In this document: positions 18,788 to 31,349 of the stretch, piece by piece
How positions within the stretch are numbered: the first letter of the stretch is position 1
How the letters are laid out: each line of letters starts with the position of its first letter
Origin: Escherichia coli
Lineage (GTDB): Bacteria > Pseudomonadota > Gammaproteobacteria > Enterobacterales > Enterobacteriaceae
Strand: one strand, 5' to 3'
DNA length: 64,000 nucleotides
Assembly (NCBI RefSeq): GCF_003991155.1
Contig: NZ_CP031293.1
Made by a program: the position numbers and the translations under genes
Notes under the pieces: generated by a model
The model's input: the letters and a program-made list of their open reading frames with translations, nothing else
What the model was told of the DNA's origin: nothing
Database searches by the model: none

Positions 18788-21700
18788 ATGCATCAGCCTC
18801 CCGTTCGCTTCACTTACCGCCTGCTGAGTTACCTTATCAGTACGATTATCGCCGGGCAGCCGTTGTTACCGGCTGTGGGGGCCGTCATCACCCCACAAAA
18901 CGGGGCTGGAATGGATAAAGCGGCAAATGGTGTGCCGGTCGTGAACATTGCCACGCCGAACGGGGCCGGGATTTCGCATAACCGGTTTACGGATTACAAC
19001 GTCGGGAAGGAAGGGCTGATTCTCAATAATGCCACCGGTAAGCTTAATCCGACGCAGCTTGGTGGACTGATACAGAATAACCCGAACCTGAAAGCGGGCG
19101 GGGAAGCGAAGGGTATCATCAACGAAGTGACCGGCGGTAAGCGCTCACTGCTGCAGGGCTATACGGAAGTGGCCGGCAAAGCGGCGAATGTGATGGTTGC
19201 CAACCCGTATGGTATCACCTGTGACGGCTGTGGTTTTATCAACACGCCGCACGCGACGCTCACCACAGGCAAACCTGTGATGAATGCCGACGGCAGCCTG
19301 CAGGCGCTGGAGGTGACTGAAGGCAGTATCACCATCAATGGCGCGGGCCTGGACGGCACCCGGAGCGATGCCGTATCCATTATTGCCCGTGCAACGGAAG
19401 TGAATGCCGCGCTTCATGCGAAGGATTTAACTGTCACTGCAGGCGCTAACCGGATAACTGCAGATGGTCGCGTCAGTGCCCTGAAGGGCGAAGGTGATGT
19501 GCCGAAAGTTGCCGTTGATACCGGCGCGCTCGGTGGAATGTACGCCAGGCGTATTCATCTGACCTCCACTGAAAGTGGTGTCGGGGTTAATCTGGGTAAC
19601 CTTTATGCCCGCGAGGGCGATATCACCCTGGATGCCAGCGGCAGACTGACTGTCAACAACAGTCTCGCCACGGGGGCCGTCACTGCAAAAGGTCAGGGCG
19701 TCACCTTAACCGGCGACCATAAAGCGGGAGGTAACCTGAGCGTCAGCAGCCGGAGCGATATCGTTCTCAGCAATGGAACGCTTAACAGCGACAAGGACCT
19801 CAGCCTGACCGCCGGCGGCAGAATCACTCAACAGAATGAAAAACTGACTGCCGGCCGGGATGTAACGCTTGCCGCGAAAAACATCACACAGGATACCGCC
19901 AGCCAGATTAACGCGGCCCGCGATATCGTGACTGTCGCCAGTGACACGCTGACAACACAGGGACAGATAACCGCCGGGCAGAATCTCACGGCCAGCGCCA
20001 CCACGCTGACACAGGACGGAATATTGCTGGCGAAAGGTCATGCGGGACTCGATGCCGGCACGCTGAATAACAGTGGTGCTGTTCAGGGGGCTTCCCTGAC
20101 GCTCGGCAGTACAACGCTCAGCAACAGTGGCTCCCTGCTCAGTGGCGGTCCCCTGACCGTGAATACCCGCGACTTTACCCAGAGCGGCCGCACTGGCGCG
20201 AAGGGCAAAGTGGATATCACGGCCAGTGGGAAACTGACCAGTACAGGTTCGCTGGTGAGCGATGATGTACTGGTGCTGAAGGCGCAGGATGTGACACAGA
20301 ACGGTGTGCTGTCCGGCGGCAAAGGGCTGACGGTCAGTGCGCAGGCGCTGAGCTCCGGTAAAAAATCGGTCACCCACAGCGATGCTGCGATGACGCTGAA
20401 TGTGACAACAGTGGCGCTGGACGGGGAAAACAGTGCCGGTGACACCCTCCGGGTTCAGGCAGACAAACTGAGTACCGCAGCGGGCGCACAGCTTCAGAGC
20501 GGTAAAAATCTCAGCATCAACGCCAGAGATGCACGTCTTGCAGGTACGCAGGCAGCACAACAGACCATGGCGGTGAACGCCAGTGAAAAGCTCACCCACA
20601 GCGGGAAAAGCAGCGCCCCGTCGCTCAGCCTCAGTGCGCCGGAACTGACCAGCAGCGGTGTGCTTGTTGGTTCCGCCCTGAATACACAGTCACAGACCCT
20701 GACCAACAGTGGTCTGTTGCAGGGGGAGGCCTCACTCACCGTTAACACACAGAGGCTTGATAATCAGCAGAACGGCACGCTGTACAGTGCTGCAGACCTG
20801 ACGCTGGATATACCGGACATCCGCAACAGCGGGCTTATCACCGGTGATAATGGTTTAACGTTAAACACTGCCTCCCTCAGCAATCCGGGAAAAATCATCG
20901 CTGACACGCTGAACGTCAGGGCGACCACGCTGGATGGTGATGGTCTGTTGCAGGGCGCCGGTGCACTGGCGCTTGCAGGCGACACCCTCTCACAGGGCCG
21001 TAACGGACGCTGGCTGACGGCGGGCGACCTCTCCCTCCGGGGTAAAACACTGCATACCGCAGGGACCACGCAGGGACAGAATCTCACCGTGCAGGCGGAC
21101 AGATGGGCGAACAGTGGTTCCGTGCTGGCAACCGGTAACCTTACTGCTTCGGCAACCGGTCAGTTGACCAGTACCGGCGATATCATGAGCCAGGGTGACA
21201 CCACGCTGAAAGCAGCCACCATGGACAACCGGGGCAGTCTGCTTTCGGCCGGCACGCTCTCCCTTGATGGAAACTCACTGGATAACAGCGGCACTGTCCA
21301 GGGTAACCATGTCACGATTCGCCAGAACAGTGTCACCAACAGTGGCACGCTCACCGGGATAGCCGCGCTGACGCTTGCCGCCCGTATGGCATCCCCTCAA
21401 CCTGCGCTGATGAATAACGGAGGTTCATTGCTGACCAGCGGCGATCTGACAATCACCGCAGGCAGTATTACCAGTTCCGGACACTGGCAGGGCAAACGGG
21501 TGCTGATCACCGCAGACAGTCTGGCAAACAGCGGGGCGATCCAGGCGGCTGACAGCCTGACTGCACGTCTGACGGGTGAGCTCGTCAGCACAGCGGGCAG
21601 CAAAGTCACCTCGAACGGTGAAATGGCGCTCAGTGCACTGAATTTAAGCAACAGCGGACAATGGATTGCAAAAAATCTGACCCTGAAGGCGAACTCACTG

Positions 21701-24700
21701 ACCAGTGCGGGTGACATCACCGGTGTGGATACTCTCACGCTCACGGTGAATCAGACGCTGAACAATCAGGCGAACGGAAAACTGCTCAGTGCAGGTGTGC
21801 TGACGCTGAAGGCAGACAGTGTCACAAACGACGGGCAATTACAGGGAAATGCCACCACCATCACGGCAGGACAACTCACAAACGGCGGGCATCTGCAGGG
21901 CGAAACGCTGACGCTGGCCGCCTCCGGTGGCGTGAACAACCGTTCCGGTGGTGTTCTGATGAGCCGGAATGCACTGAATGTCAGTACTGCGACCCTGAGT
22001 AACCAGGGCACGATACAGGGTGGTGGCGGGGTTTCCCTGAACGCCACAGACCGTCTGCAGAACGACGGCAAAATCCTTTCCGGCAGTAACCTCACGCTGA
22101 CGGCGCAGTTGCTGGCGAACACCGGCAGCGGACTGGTACAGGCTGCCACCCTGCTGCTGGATGTGGTGAATACTGTCAACGGCGGACGCGTACTTGCCAC
22201 CGGCAGTGCCGACGTTAAAGGAACCACGCTGAATAATACCGGTACGCTTCAGGGGGCGGACCTGCTGGTGAATTACCACACATTCAGCAACAGCGGTACC
22301 CTGCTGGGAACCTCCGGGCTTGGCGTCAAGGGCAGTTCACTGCTGCAAAATGGTACAGGGCGGCTGTACAGTGCAGGCAACCTGCTGCTTGACGCTCAGG
22401 ACTTCAGTGGTCAGGGGCAGGTGGTGGCCACCGGTGATGTCACACTGAAACTGATTGCTGCCCTCACGAATCATGGTACCCTGGCCGCAGGGAAAACCCT
22501 TTCCGTCACGTCGCAAAATGCCATCACCAACGGCGGTGTGATGCAGGGTGATGCCATGGTGCTCGGTGCCGGAGAGGCATTCACCAACAATGGAATGCTG
22601 ACTGCCGGTAAAGGCAACAGTGTTTTCAGCGCACAGCGTCTTTTCCTTAACGCACCGGGTTCACTTCAGGCCGGTGGCGATGTGAGTCTGAACAGCCGGA
22701 GTGATATCACCATCAGTGGTTTTACCGGCACGGCAGGCCGTCTGACAATGAATGTGGCCGGTACCCTGCTGAACAGTGCGCTGATTTATGCGGGGAATAA
22801 CCTGAAGCTGTTTACAGACCGTCTGCATAACCAGCATGGTGATATCCTGGCCGGCAACAGTCTGTGGGTACAGAAGGATGCTTCCGGCGGTGCAAACACA
22901 GAGATTATCAATACCTCCGGGAATATTGAGACGCATCAGGGCGATATTGTTGTAAGGACCGGGCATCTTCTGAACCAGCGGGAGGGATTTTCTGCCACAA
23001 CAACAACCCGGACTAACCCCTCATCCATTCAGGGAATGGGAAATGCTCTGGTTGATATTCCCCTTTCCCTTCTTCCTGACGGCAGCTATGGCTATTTCAC
23101 CCGTGAAGTTGAAAATCAGCACGGTACGCCCTGCAACGGGCACGGGGCATGCAATATCACAATGGATACGCTTTATTATTACGCTCCGTTTGCTGACAGT
23201 GCCACACAGCGCTTTCTCAGCAGCCAGAACATCACAACAGTAACCGGTGCTGATAATCCGGCAGGCCGCATTGCGTCAGGGCGTAATCTTTCTGCTGAGG
23301 CTGAACGACTGGAAAACCGGGCGTCATTTATCCTGGCGAATGGGGATATCGCACTTTCGGGCAGAGAGTTAAGCAATCAGAGCTGGCAGACGGGGACAGA
23401 GAATGAATATCTGGTATACCGCTACGACCCGAAAACGTTTTACGGTAGCTATGCCACAGGCTCTCTGGATAAACTGCCCCTGCTGTCACCGGAATTTGAA
23501 AACAATACCATCAGATTTTCACTGGATGGCCGGGAAAAAGATTACACGCCCGGTAAGACGTATTATTCCGTTATTCAGGCGGGCGGGGATGTTAAGACCC
23601 GTTTTACCAGCAGTATCAATAACGGAACAACCACTGCACATGCAGGTAGTGTCAGTCCGGTGGTCTCTGCACCGGTACTGAATACGTTAAGTCAGCAGAC
23701 CGGCGGAGACAGTCTGACACAGACAGCGCTGCAGCAGTATGAGCCGGTGGTGGTTGGCTCTCCGCAATGGCACGATGAACTGGCAGGTGCCCTGAAAAAT
23801 ATTGCCGGAGGTTCGCCACTGACCGGTCAGACCGGTATCAGTGATGACTGGCCACTGCCTTCCGGCAACAATGGATACCTGGTTCCGTCCACGGACCCGG
23901 ACAGTCCGTATCTGATTACGGTGAACCCGAAACTGGATGGTCTCGGACAGGTGGACAGCCATTTGTTTGCCGGACTGTATGAGCTTCTTGGAGCGAAACC
24001 GGGTCAGGCGCCACGTGAAACGGCTCCGTCGTATACCGATGAAAAACAGTTTCTGGGCTCATCGTATTTTCTTGACCGCCTCGGGCTGAAACCGGAAAAA
24101 GATTATCGTTTCCTGGGGGATGCGGTCTTTGATACCCGGTATGTCAGTAACGCGGTGCTGAGCCGGACGGGTTCACGTTATCTCAACGGACTGGGTTCAG
24201 ACACGGAACAGATGCGGTATCTGATGGATAACGCGGCCAGACAACAGAAAGGACTGGGATTAGAGTTTGGTGTGGCGCTGACAGCTGAACAGATTGCTCA
24301 GCTTGACGGCAGCATACTGTGGTGGGAGTCAGCCACCATCAACGGACAGACAGTCATGGTCCCGAAACTGTATCTGTCGCCGGAAGATATCACCCTGCAT
24401 AACGGCAGCGTTATCAGCGGGAACAACGTGCAACTTGCGGGCGGCAATATCACCAACAGCGGCGGCAGCATCAACGCACAGAACGACCTCTCGCTCGACA
24501 GTTCCGGCTATATCGACAACCTGAATGCGGGGCTGATAAGCGCGGGCGGTAGCCTGGACCTGAGCGCCATCGGGGATATCAGCAATATCAGCTCAGTCAT
24601 CAGCGGTAAAACCGTACAACTGGAAAGCGTGAGTGGCAACATCAGCAATATCACCCGGCGTCAGCAATGGAATGCGGGCAGTGACAGCCAATATGGTGGT

Positions 24701-27700
24701 GTGCATCTCAGCGGTACGGACACCGGTCCGGTTGCGACCATTAAAGGCACTGATTCACTTTCGCTGGATGCAGGGAAAAACATTGATATTACCGGGGCAA
24801 CGGTCTCGTCCGGTGGAGACCTTGGAATGTCTGCGGGTAATGATATCAACATTGCCGCAAACCTGATAAGTGGGAGCAAAAGTCAGTCCGGTTTCTGGCA
24901 CACTGATGACAACAGTTCATCATCCACCACCTCACAGGGCAGCAGCATCAGCGCCGGCGGTAACCTGGCGATGGCTGCAGGCCATAATCTGGATGTCACG
25001 GCATCCTCTGTTTCTGCCGGGCACAGCGCCCTGCTTTCTGCAGGTAACGACCTGAGTCTGAATGCAGTCAGGGAAAGCAAAAACAGTCGCAACGGCAGGT
25101 CAGAAAGTCATGAAAGCCACGCAGCTGTGTCCACGGTGACAGCGGGCGATAACTTCCTCCTTGTTGCCGGTCGTGATATTGCCAGTCAGGCTGCCGGTAT
25201 GGCTGCGGAAAATAACGTGGTCATCCGGGGCGGACGTGATGTGAACCTGGTGGCAGAGTCTGCCGGCGCAGGCGACAGCTATACGTCGAAGAAAAAGAAA
25301 GAGATTAACGAGACAGTCCGTCAGCAGGGAACGGAAATCGCCAGCGGTGGTGACACCACCGTCAACGCAGGACGGGATATCACCGCTGTTGCGTCATCCG
25401 TTACCGCAACCGGCAATATCAGCGTGAATGCCGGTCGTGATGTTGCCCTGACCACGGCGACAGAAAGTGACTATCACTATCTGGAAACGAAGAAAAAAAG
25501 CGGAGGTTTTCTCAGTAAGAAAACCACCCGCACCATCAGTGAGGACAGTGCCACCCGTGAAGCAGGCTCCCTGCTGTCGGGGAACCGCGTGACCGTTAAC
25601 GCCGGTGATAACCTGACGGTAGAGGGTTCGGATGTGGTGGCTGACCGGGATGTGTCACTGGCGGCGGGTAACCATGTTGATGTTCTTGCTGCCACCAGTA
25701 CAGATACGTCCTGGCGCTTTAAGGAAACGAAGAAATCCGGTCTGATGGGTACCGGCGGTATTGGTTTCACCATTGGCAGCAGTAAGACAACGCACGACCG
25801 GCGCGAGGCCGGGACAACGCAGAGTCAGAGTGCCAGCACCATCGGCTCCACTGCCGGTAATGTCAGTATTACCGCGGGCAAACAGGCTCATATCAGCGGT
25901 TCGGATGTGATTGCGAACCGGGATATCAGCATTACCGGTGACAGTGTGGTGGTTGACCCGGGGCATGACCGTCGTACTGTGGACGAAAAATTTGAGCAGA
26001 AGAAAAGCGGGCTGACGGTTGCCCTTTCCGGCACGGTGGGCAGTGCCATCAATAATGCGGTTACCAGTGCACAGGAGACGAAGGAGAGCAGTGACAGCCG
26101 TCTGAAAGCCCTGCAGGCCACAAAGACAGCGCTGTCTGGTGTGCAGGCCGGACAGGCTGCGACAATGGCCTCCGCAACCGGTGACCCGAATGCGATGGGA
26201 GTCAGCCTGTCGCTCACCACCCAGAAATCGAAATCACAACAACATTCTGAAAGTAACACAGTATCCGGCAGTACGCTGAATGCCGGGAATAATCTGTCTG
26301 TTGTCGCAACCGGTAAAAACAGGGGCGATAACCGCGGAGATATTGTGATTGCCGGAAGCCAGCTTAAGGCCGGTGGTAACACAAGCCTGGATGCCGCGAA
26401 TGATATTCTGTTGAGTGGCGCCGCAAACACACAAAAAACAACGGGCAGGAACAGCAGCAGTGGCGGTGGCGTGGGTGTCAGTATCGGTGCCGGTGGTAAC
26501 GGTGCCGGTATCAGCGTCTTTGCCGGCGTTAATGCGGCAAAAGGCAGCGAGAAAGGTAACGGTACTGAGTGGACTGAAACCACAACAGACAGCGGTAAAA
26601 CCGTCACCATCAACAGTGGTCGGGATACGGTACTGAACGGTGCTCAGGTCAACGGCAACAGGATTATCGCCGATGTGGGCCACGACCTGCTGATAAGCAG
26701 CCAGCAGGACACCAGTAAGTACGACAGTAAACAGACCAGCGTGGCTGCCGGCGGCAGTTTTACCTTTGGCTCCATGACCGGCTCAGGTTACATCGCTGCC
26801 TCCCGGGATAAGATGAAGAGCCGCTTTGACTCCGTTGCTGAACAAACCGGAATGTTTGCCGGTGATGGTGGCTTCGACATTACAGTGGGCAGACATACCC
26901 AACTGGATGGTGCGGTGATTGCCTCCACTGCCACACCGGATAAAAACCACCTGGATACCGGAACGCTGGGGTTCAGTGACCTTCACAACGAAGCGGATTA
27001 TAAAGTCAGTCACAGTGGAATCAGTCTGAGCGGTGGTGGCAGCTTCGGGGATAAATTTCAGGGTAACATGCCGGGTGGCATGATATCCGCCGGAGGTCAC
27101 AGCGGACATGCGGAAGGAACGACTCAGGCCGCAGTGGCAGAAGGCACTATCACCATCCGGGACAGGGACAATCAGAAGCAGAATCTGGCGAACCTGAGCC
27201 GTGACCCTGCGCACGCTAATGACAGTATCAGCCCGATATTTGACAAGGAGAAAGAGCAGAGGCGTCTGCAGACAGTGGGGCTTATCAGTGACATAGGCAG
27301 TCAGGTGGCGGATATTGCGCGTACACAGGGAGAACTGAATGCGTTGAAGGCCGCGAAGGAAGCAACCGGCGAAACACTTCCTGCTAATGCAACAGAGAAA
27401 CAACGTCAGGAATATCTTGCGAAACTGCGTGACACGCAGGCTTACAGGAATGAAATGGCGAAGTATGGTACCGGCAGTGAAATTCAGCGGGGTATCCAGG
27501 CCGCGACAGCCGCGCTTCAGGGACTGGCGGGTGGTAATTTAGCGGGTGCTCTGGCCGGAGCTTCTGCACCGGAACTGGCGCATCTGCTGAAATCAACAGA
27601 AAAAGACCCGGCAGTAAACGCCATTGCTCACGCCATTCTGGGCGGTACAGTAGCGGCAATGCAGGGTAATAATGTTGCTGCTGGTGCAGCAGGCGCAGCA

Positions 27701-28654
27701 ACGGGAGAGCTGGCAGCCAGAGCGATTGCCGGAATGCTGTATCCGGGAGTGAAGCAGTCAGACCTCAGTGAAGAGCAGAAGCAGACGATAAGTACGCTGG
27801 CAACTGTGTCAGCAGGGCTGGCCGGCGGTCTAACCGGAAACAGCACCGCATCAGCAGCAGTGGGAGCACAGAGCGGGAAGAATGCTGTTGAGAATAACTA
27901 CCTGAGCGTGTCTGAAAAGACAGAACTTGAGATAGCAAAACAGACGCTTAAAAACAGTAAAGATCCGGCAGAGCGTGAAAAGGCACAGCAGAAATATGAT
28001 GCATTGCTTGAAAAAGATATTGCCAGTGATAAGGAGGTTATTGCTGCCTGTAGTAATGGTAATGCGAGTAGTTCAGCGTGTGCCAGCGCAAGACTGAAAG
28101 TTATTGCGTCGAAAGAAGGGTACGAAGATGGCCCTTATAACTCGAAATACAGCCAGCAATACGCTGATGCGTATGGTCAGATAGTCAATCTCCTCGATAT
28201 CACCAGTGTTGATGCACAGAATCAGCAGCAGGTGAAAAACGCCATGATTAACTATTTCATGGTCACCAAAGGGGTGGATCGTCAGACCGCAGAAAGCTAC
28301 ACCGAAACAACGCAGGGCTTGGAGATCATTGCGGCTTCGGTAACGCCTCTTATAGGGCAAGCTGCATCAAATAAATTAAGCTACCTTGGTATTGGGAAAA
28401 AGATATCCTTTGATGGTGATTTTTATACTGTAGATGGAATGAAATTCAGCAAAAGTTATTATGAGAAATTATGGGAGCAAGGCAGACCTGCGCCATTCGT
28501 GCAAGCAAGAGAAGTGTTGAATAGCAATCCAAAAATTGAGCCGGATCCTAGAGGCGCACCTGGCTACTTAAGATATGAAGGTGCAGGTCTTGAAATGATC
28601 TATAACCCGAAAACGGGACAAGTTGGTCATATTCAACCAGTCAAGGTTAAATAA
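18788..28654 (+). CDS. cdiA: Contact-dependent growth inhibition exoprotein CdiA (3288 aa)
   Basis: N-terminal two-partner-secretion transport domain ([27 protein letters not shown]), long filamentous-haemagglutinin-type repeat tract, glycine-rich pre-toxin region and the VENN motif ([15 protein letters not shown]) about 255 aa from the C-terminus. Confidence 0.9.
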   Translation: MHQPPVRFTYRLLSYLISTIIAGQPLLPAVGAVITPQNGAGMDKAANGVPVVNIATPNGAGISHNRFTDYNVGKEGLILNNATGKLNPTQLGGLIQNNPNLKAGGEAKGIINEVTGGKRSLLQGYTEVAGKAANVMVANPYGITCDGCGFINTPHATLTTGKPVMNADGSLQALEVTEGSITINGAGLDGTRSDAVSIIARATEVNAALHAKDLTVTAGANRITADGRVSALKGEGDVPKVAVDTGALGGMYARRIHLTSTESGVGVNLGNLYAREGDITLDASGRLTVNNSLATGAVTAKGQGVTLTGDHKAGGNLSVSSRSDIVLSNGTLNSDKDLSLTAGGRITQQNEKLTAGRDVTLAAKNITQDTASQINAARDIVTVASDTLTTQGQITAGQNLTASATTLTQDGILLAKGHAGLDAGTLNNSGAVQGASLTLGSTTLSNSGSLLSGGPLTVNTRDFTQSGRTGAKGKVDITASGKLTSTGSLVSDDVLVLKAQDVTQNGVLSGGKGLTVSAQALSSGKKSVTHSDAAMTLNVTTVALDGENSAGDTLRVQADKLSTAAGAQLQSGKNLSINARDARLAGTQAAQQTMAVNASEKLTHSGKSSAPSLSLSAPELTSSGVLVGSALNTQSQTLTNSGLLQGEASLTVNTQRLDNQQNGTLYSAADLTLDIPDIRNSGLITGDNGLTLNTASLSNPGKIIADTLNVRATTLDGDGLLQGAGALALAGDTLSQGRNGRWLTAGDLSLRGKTLHTAGTTQGQNLTVQADRWANSGSVLATGNLTASATGQLTSTGDIMSQGDTTLKAATMDNRGSLLSAGTLSLDGNSLDNSGTVQGNHVTIRQNSVTNSGTLTGIAALTLAARMASPQPALMNNGGSLLTSGDLTITAGSITSSGHWQGKRVLITADSLANSGAIQAADSLTARLTGELVSTAGSKVTSNGEMALSALNLSNSGQWIAKNLTLKANSLTSAGDITGVDTLTLTVNQTLNNQANGKLLSAGVLTLKADSVTNDGQLQGNATTITAGQLTNGGHLQGETLTLAASGGVNNRSGGVLMSRNALNVSTATLSNQGTIQGGGGVSLNATDRLQNDGKILSGSNLTLTAQLLANTGSGLVQAATLLLDVVNTVNGGRVLATGSADVKGTTLNNTGTLQGADLLVNYHTFSNSGTLLGTSGLGVKGSSLLQNGTGRLYSAGNLLLDAQDFSGQGQVVATGDVTLKLIAALTNHGTLAAGKTLSVTSQNAITNGGVMQGDAMVLGAGEAFTNNGMLTAGKGNSVFSAQRLFLNAPGSLQAGGDVSLNSRSDITISGFTGTAGRLTMNVAGTLLNSALIYAGNNLKLFTDRLHNQHGDILAGNSLWVQKDASGGANTEIINTSGNIETHQGDIVVRTGHLLNQREGFSATTTTRTNPSSIQGMGNALVDIPLSLLPDGSYGYFTREVENQHGTPCNGHGACNITMDTLYYYAPFADSATQRFLSSQNITTVTGADNPAGRIASGRNLSAEAERLENRASFILANGDIALSGRELSNQSWQTGTENEYLVYRYDPKTFYGSYATGSLDKLPLLSPEFENNTIRFSLDGREKDYTPGKTYYSVIQAGGDVKTRFTSSINNGTTTAHAGSVSPVVSAPVLNTLSQQTGGDSLTQTALQQYEPVVVGSPQWHDELAGALKNIAGGSPLTGQTGISDDWPLPSGNNGYLVPSTDPDSPYLITVNPKLDGLGQVDSHLFAGLYELLGAKPGQAPRETAPSYTDEKQFLGSSYFLDRLGLKPEKDYRFLGDAVFDTRYVSNAVLSRTGSRYLNGLGSDTEQMRYLMDNAARQQKGLGLEFGVALTAEQIAQLDGSILWWESATINGQTVMVPKLYLSPEDITLHNGSVISGNNVQLAGGNITNSGGSINAQNDLSLDSSGYIDNLNAGLISAGGSLDLSAIGDISNISSVISGKTVQLESVSGNISNITRRQQWNAGSDSQYGGVHLSGTDTGPVATIKGTDSLSLDAGKNIDITGATVSSGGDLGMSAGNDINIAANLISGSKSQSGFWHTDDNSSSSTTSQGSSISAGGNLAMAAGHNLDVTASSVSAGHSALLSAGNDLSLNAVRESKNSRNGRSESHESHAAVSTVTAGDNFLLVAGRDIASQAAGMAAENNVVIRGGRDVNLVAESAGAGDSYTSKKKKEINETVRQQGTEIASGGDTTVNAGRDITAVASSVTATGNISVNAGRDVALTTATESDYHYLETKKKSGGFLSKKTTRTISEDSATREAGSLLSGNRVTVNAGDNLTVEGSDVVADRDVSLAAGNHVDVLAATSTDTSWRFKETKKSGLMGTGGIGFTIGSSKTTHDRREAGTTQSQSASTIGSTAGNVSITAGKQAHISGSDVIANRDISITGDSVVVDPGHDRRTVDEKFEQKKSGLTVALSGTVGSAINNAVTSAQETKESSDSRLKALQATKTALSGVQAGQAATMASATGDPNAMGVSLSLTTQKSKSQQHSESNTVSGSTLNAGNNLSVVATGKNRGDNRGDIVIAGSQLKAGGNTSLDAANDILLSGAANTQKTTGRNSSSGGGVGVSIGAGGNGAGISVFAGVNAAKGSEKGNGTEWTETTTDSGKTVTINSGRDTVLNGAQVNGNRIIADVGHDLLISSQQDTSKYDSKQTSVAAGGSFTFGSMTGSGYIAASRDKMKSRFDSVAEQTGMFAGDGGFDITVGRHTQLDGAVIASTATPDKNHLDTGTLGFSDLHNEADYKVSHSGISLSGGGSFGDKFQGNMPGGMISAGGHSGHAEGTTQAAVAEGTITIRDRDNQKQNLANLSRDPAHANDSISPIFDKEKEQRRLQTVGLISDIGSQVADIARTQGELNALKAAKEATGETLPANATEKQRQEYLAKLRDTQAYRNEMAKYGTGSEIQRGIQAATAALQGLAGGNLAGALAGASAPELAHLLKSTEKDPAVNAIAHAILGGTVAAMQGNNVAAGAAGAATGELAARAIAGMLYPGVKQSDLSEEQKQTISTLATVSAGLAGGLTGNSTASAAVGAQSGKNAVENNYLSVSEKTELEIAKQTLKNSKDPAEREKAQQKYDALLEKDIASDKEVIAACSNGNASSSACASARLKVIASKEGYEDGPYNSKYSQQYADAYGQIVNLLDITSVDAQNQQQVKNAMINYFMVTKGVDRQTAESYTETTQGLEIIAASVTPLIGQAASNKLSYLGIGKKISFDGDFYTVDGMKFSKSYYEKLWEQGRPAPFVQAREVLNSNPKIEPDPRGAPGYLRYEGAGLEMIYNPKTGQVGHIQPVKVK
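27887..28654 (+). other. CdiA-CT toxin region (VENN to stop); enzymatic class unassigned
   Basis: VENN codons at 27887..27898, in frame with cdiA. The final domain (...[33 protein letters not shown]...GHIQPVKVK) matches no toxin I can name and does not end in GYGI. Confidence 0.7.
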
Positions 28655-28667
28655 AAAGAGGAAGTAA

Positions 28668-28988
28668 ATGGATATTTGGCCTGAATTTCAACGAGATCTT
28701 GAGATGTATCGAGATGTTGTTTTATCAATAAAACGTAACCTTCGGTTGTATGAGGAGTGTATTGAATCGTTAGTTCATCAGATCGGAAGCACCAATTTTG
28801 ATAATGCGCAGCCTCTATTTGATGACCTCTTTCGTATGCAATCTGAACTTGCTACTATGTTATACAAATATGAATATAAGCCAGGAAAAAGGATACAAGA
28901 TTTAATATATCATCTGGACAGGGATGATTTTTACTCAAGAAAATATTGGCATAAAAAATTCAGTGATGGATTGGCATGGCCTGAATAA
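28668..28988 (+). CDS. cdiI: Putative CdiI immunity protein cognate to the CdiA-CT
   Basis: 106-aa ORF starting 13 bp after the cdiA stop with an AGAGGAAG ribosome-binding site; visibly more AT-rich than cdiA, as expected for an exchangeable toxin/immunity cassette. The assignment is positional. Confidence 0.7.
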   Translation: MDIWPEFQRDLEMYRDVVLSIKRNLRLYEECIESLVHQIGSTNFDNAQPLFDDLFRMQSELATMLYKYEYKPGKRIQDLIYHLDRDDFYSRKYWHKKFSDGLAWPE

Positions 28989-29081
28989 TAGAAGTAGAAA
29001 TCCCGCCCTCAGTTAGCGCTGAGGAATCCCTAGTAATGGGCGGGTAAAAAAGACAGGCATAGAGTTTTGTGATCTACTGAT

Positions 29082-29642
29082 TTGTGCAACCAATTCAATG
29101 AGATCGCTTCTATGCCTGCTCGACAAGTATGTCAGAATTTTTTCCACGATGCGTTAGCACCGTTTCACAAATACCGACAAAATGCTTTGCTGGATGCCAC
29201 CATCGCTCTCATCAATGGCGCATCACTGACGTTGACCAGCATCGGGCGTTATTTACCCGGCTTGGCTCGGGTCAAAAATAAAATCAAACGCGTTGACCGA
29301 CTGCTCGGTAATGAATCTCTTCACCGCGATATCCCACTGATTTTCAATAATATTATTGCCATGCTGACTAGCCAGCTATCTCTTTGTGTCATCGCCGTTG
29401 ACTGGAGTGGATATTCATCTCAGGAGCATCATGTGCTCCGCGCCAGCCTGCTCTGCGATGGATGCTCGCTTCCCCTGTTAAGCTGGGTAGTCCCGTCAGA
29501 AAAACAGCAGAACTCGCAGATACAAAAAAACTTCCCAGATGCCCTTGCCGAGGCTGTAAACCCTGTGGCCAGAGTCATAATAGTTACCGATGCGGGTGTT
29601 CTTACCCCCTTATTTCCAGACAGGGGCTGTATCTTAAGTTAA
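29082..29642 (+). pseudogene. IS4-family (IS10-like) transposase, N-terminal fragment only
   Basis: RVKNKIKRVDRLLGNESLH ... VIAVDWSG ... VLRASLLCDG ... IIVTDAGV parallels the IS10 transposase N-terminus (KHNIKRIDRLLGN ... IVLVDWSD ... LRASVALHGR ... IVSDAGF). The frame ends after 186 aa where an IS3-family fragment begins. Confidence 0.6.
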
Positions 29643-29760
29643 CATTACCCGCTGACGTCGATATTCTCGCGGAGAGCGATAACCCAACGCACTATGCGGA
29701 TGGTTTTCATTGTAATGCTCGATCGCCACTGCAAGGTTTATATTGCCTGTTCATCGATCA
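29637..29760 (-). mobile_element. IS3-family transposase (OrfB) C-terminal fragment
   Basis: The minus strand encodes ...[35 protein letters not shown], the conserved C-terminal signature of IS3-family integrase-core transposases. Upstream frames are broken by stops. Confidence 0.55.
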
Positions 29761-30219
29761 TCAATCTCGTGAACTGTGAGACGAAACAGCGTACACTGTT
29801 TGAACGTATCTACTTTTCCCAATACTGGGCGAAGGGAGATGTTATTGCGAAGCGCGCTCCAATTAGTCAGTGGGAACCTTATTCGGAAGAGTCACTGCTT
29901 GTCATCATCGTCACCAGCGTCTGTCGTATTAAAGTCGCGATGCTAAAACCTGAACCTCCCAGAGATCCCCATATCCCGCTAATGGGGGATTTTAACTAAA
30001 ACTTAGCGCTATCGCTGCATATTGTAACTATCCCGCATCACGTATGCATAAATTATGACGCCATACGGGGAACAAATACACAGAGGAAGAAAAAGATTAG
30101 ATTGGTTTTAAGGGATTTTTTATCATAAATGGCGCTGCTAAAATTATGAGATTATCGAAGATAAAATTCTTGATCATACATAAAAGGCCTCCTGAATTAA
30201 ATCAAGAGGCGTATAGTTT

Positions 30220-31338
30220 TTATATTACTGATGTATGTTTAATGATCTCACTGATTTTCACTTTCCTGTCCTGCGATCTTGAAAGAGTGGCAGCATCAGC
30301 AGTAGCAATCGCCGACATGGCCGCCTCACCATTGAGAAGGTCAATATAATCTTCTTCAGGTTTTGCACCACTGAGGATATTATGGAGGAATAACGTCTCC
30401 TTTCTTATTAAACTGGCAAGCCATAATGGTGTTTTTTTTCCAGGATGACCATATGCTATAGCGCCATCCATTTCTGAGGTCATATTGCCTTTCCGACGAT
30501 CATCATCTTCTTCTTGTGTTTCATGGACCAAAAAATGCTTTGTCTGACCGCCAATCCTAAGTGACCCTGCTGTTTCTTGCATATCAATTTTAATAGAGCC
30601 TTTAGTTCCATTGATGATGACATAATGTTCTGGCCAGTTAAATGCACTCCCCCACTCTAAGGTTGCTAGTTTTCCTGACGGGAATTCCAAGGTCATAAAT
30701 AACATATCATCTTCATTGCCAAACCCTAGACCAGAATGAGCTAAATTTCCACCAATCATAGTAACCGTCTCTGGTATTTCTCCAAGTAAATGCTGAACAC
30801 AATCTAACTCATGTATATGATGATATAGATGTCCACCAGATTGTTCTTTCATCTTTTTCCAGGAAAGTCTCTCCTGTTTGTTTTCCCAGCCATTTCTCTT
30901 GGTATGACATGATAATATTTCGCCGATAACACCTTCTTTAATTAACTTCCGTGCATATTGAACTCCATTGAAAAAATTCATAATATGCCCAGCCATAAAG
31001 GTCACACCAGCTTCTTTACACGCTTTGACCATATCCACACAATCTTCATAACTTAATGCAATTGGTTTTTCACAAAAAACATGCTTCTTATTCTTTGCTG
31101 CTTTAATTACTGGATCTTTATGCAGATAATTTGGGGTGGCTACGATCACACAATCGACTAATTTACTTGAAACTAAAGCATCCAAGCTTGACATATTGAT
31201 ACATTGCAATTCACGGGCAATAGTTTCTCCATTTTCAGGATCGTATACACATGTAATTTTTGCATTATCATGCATATTCATAAAACGAGCTAATTCAGCG
31301 CCAAAGTATCCAACACCAACAACGCCATAATTAATCAT
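30220..31338 (-). CDS. yjhC: Gfo/Idh/MocA-family NAD(P)-dependent oxidoreductase, YjhC (NanY)-like
   Basis: 372 aa with N-terminal Rossmann motif (GVVGVGYFG); GGAGG ribosome-binding site; immediately downstream of a 405-aa NanT-like MFS gene. Both lengths match my recollection of YjhB/YjhC. Confidence 0.7.
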   Translation of the reverse strand: MINYGVVGVGYFGAELARFMNMHDNAKITCVYDPENGETIARELQCINMSSLDALVSSKLVDCVIVATPNYLHKDPVIKAAKNKKHVFCEKPIALSYEDCVDMVKACKEAGVTFMAGHIMNFFNGVQYARKLIKEGVIGEILSCHTKRNGWENKQERLSWKKMKEQSGGHLYHHIHELDCVQHLLGEIPETVTMIGGNLAHSGLGFGNEDDMLFMTLEFPSGKLATLEWGSAFNWPEHYVIINGTKGSIKIDMQETAGSLRIGGQTKHFLVHETQEEDDDRRKGNMTSEMDGAIAYGHPGKKTPLWLASLIRKETLFLHNILSGAKPEEDYIDLLNGEAAMSAIATADAATLSRSQDRKVKISEIIKHTSVI

Positions 31339-31349
31339 AAAGCCTCCAA

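Noticed and set aside
18788-26900. Possibility that the repetitive DNA in this region is a CRISPR array or other tandem repeat
   Set aside because: The periodicity is at the protein level (imperfect filamentous-haemagglutinin repeats), with no short identical direct repeats separated by unique spacers; no CRISPR-like array was seen anywhere in the window.
19145-27846. Many 60-300-aa ORFs on the minus strand and in alternative frames inside cdiA (for example 19706..20599, 21766..22227, 25888..26613, 26783..27403)
   Set aside because: They lie wholly inside the continuous 3288-aa cdiA frame, which has clear domain structure, and have no independent start context; their low-complexity translations are typical shadow ORFs of a GC-rich repetitive gene.
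29462-29999. Plus-strand ORFs 29462..29779 and 29694..29999
   Set aside because: They overlap the truncated IS4-family gene and the minus-strand IS3-family fragment; artefacts of IS-derived sequence.
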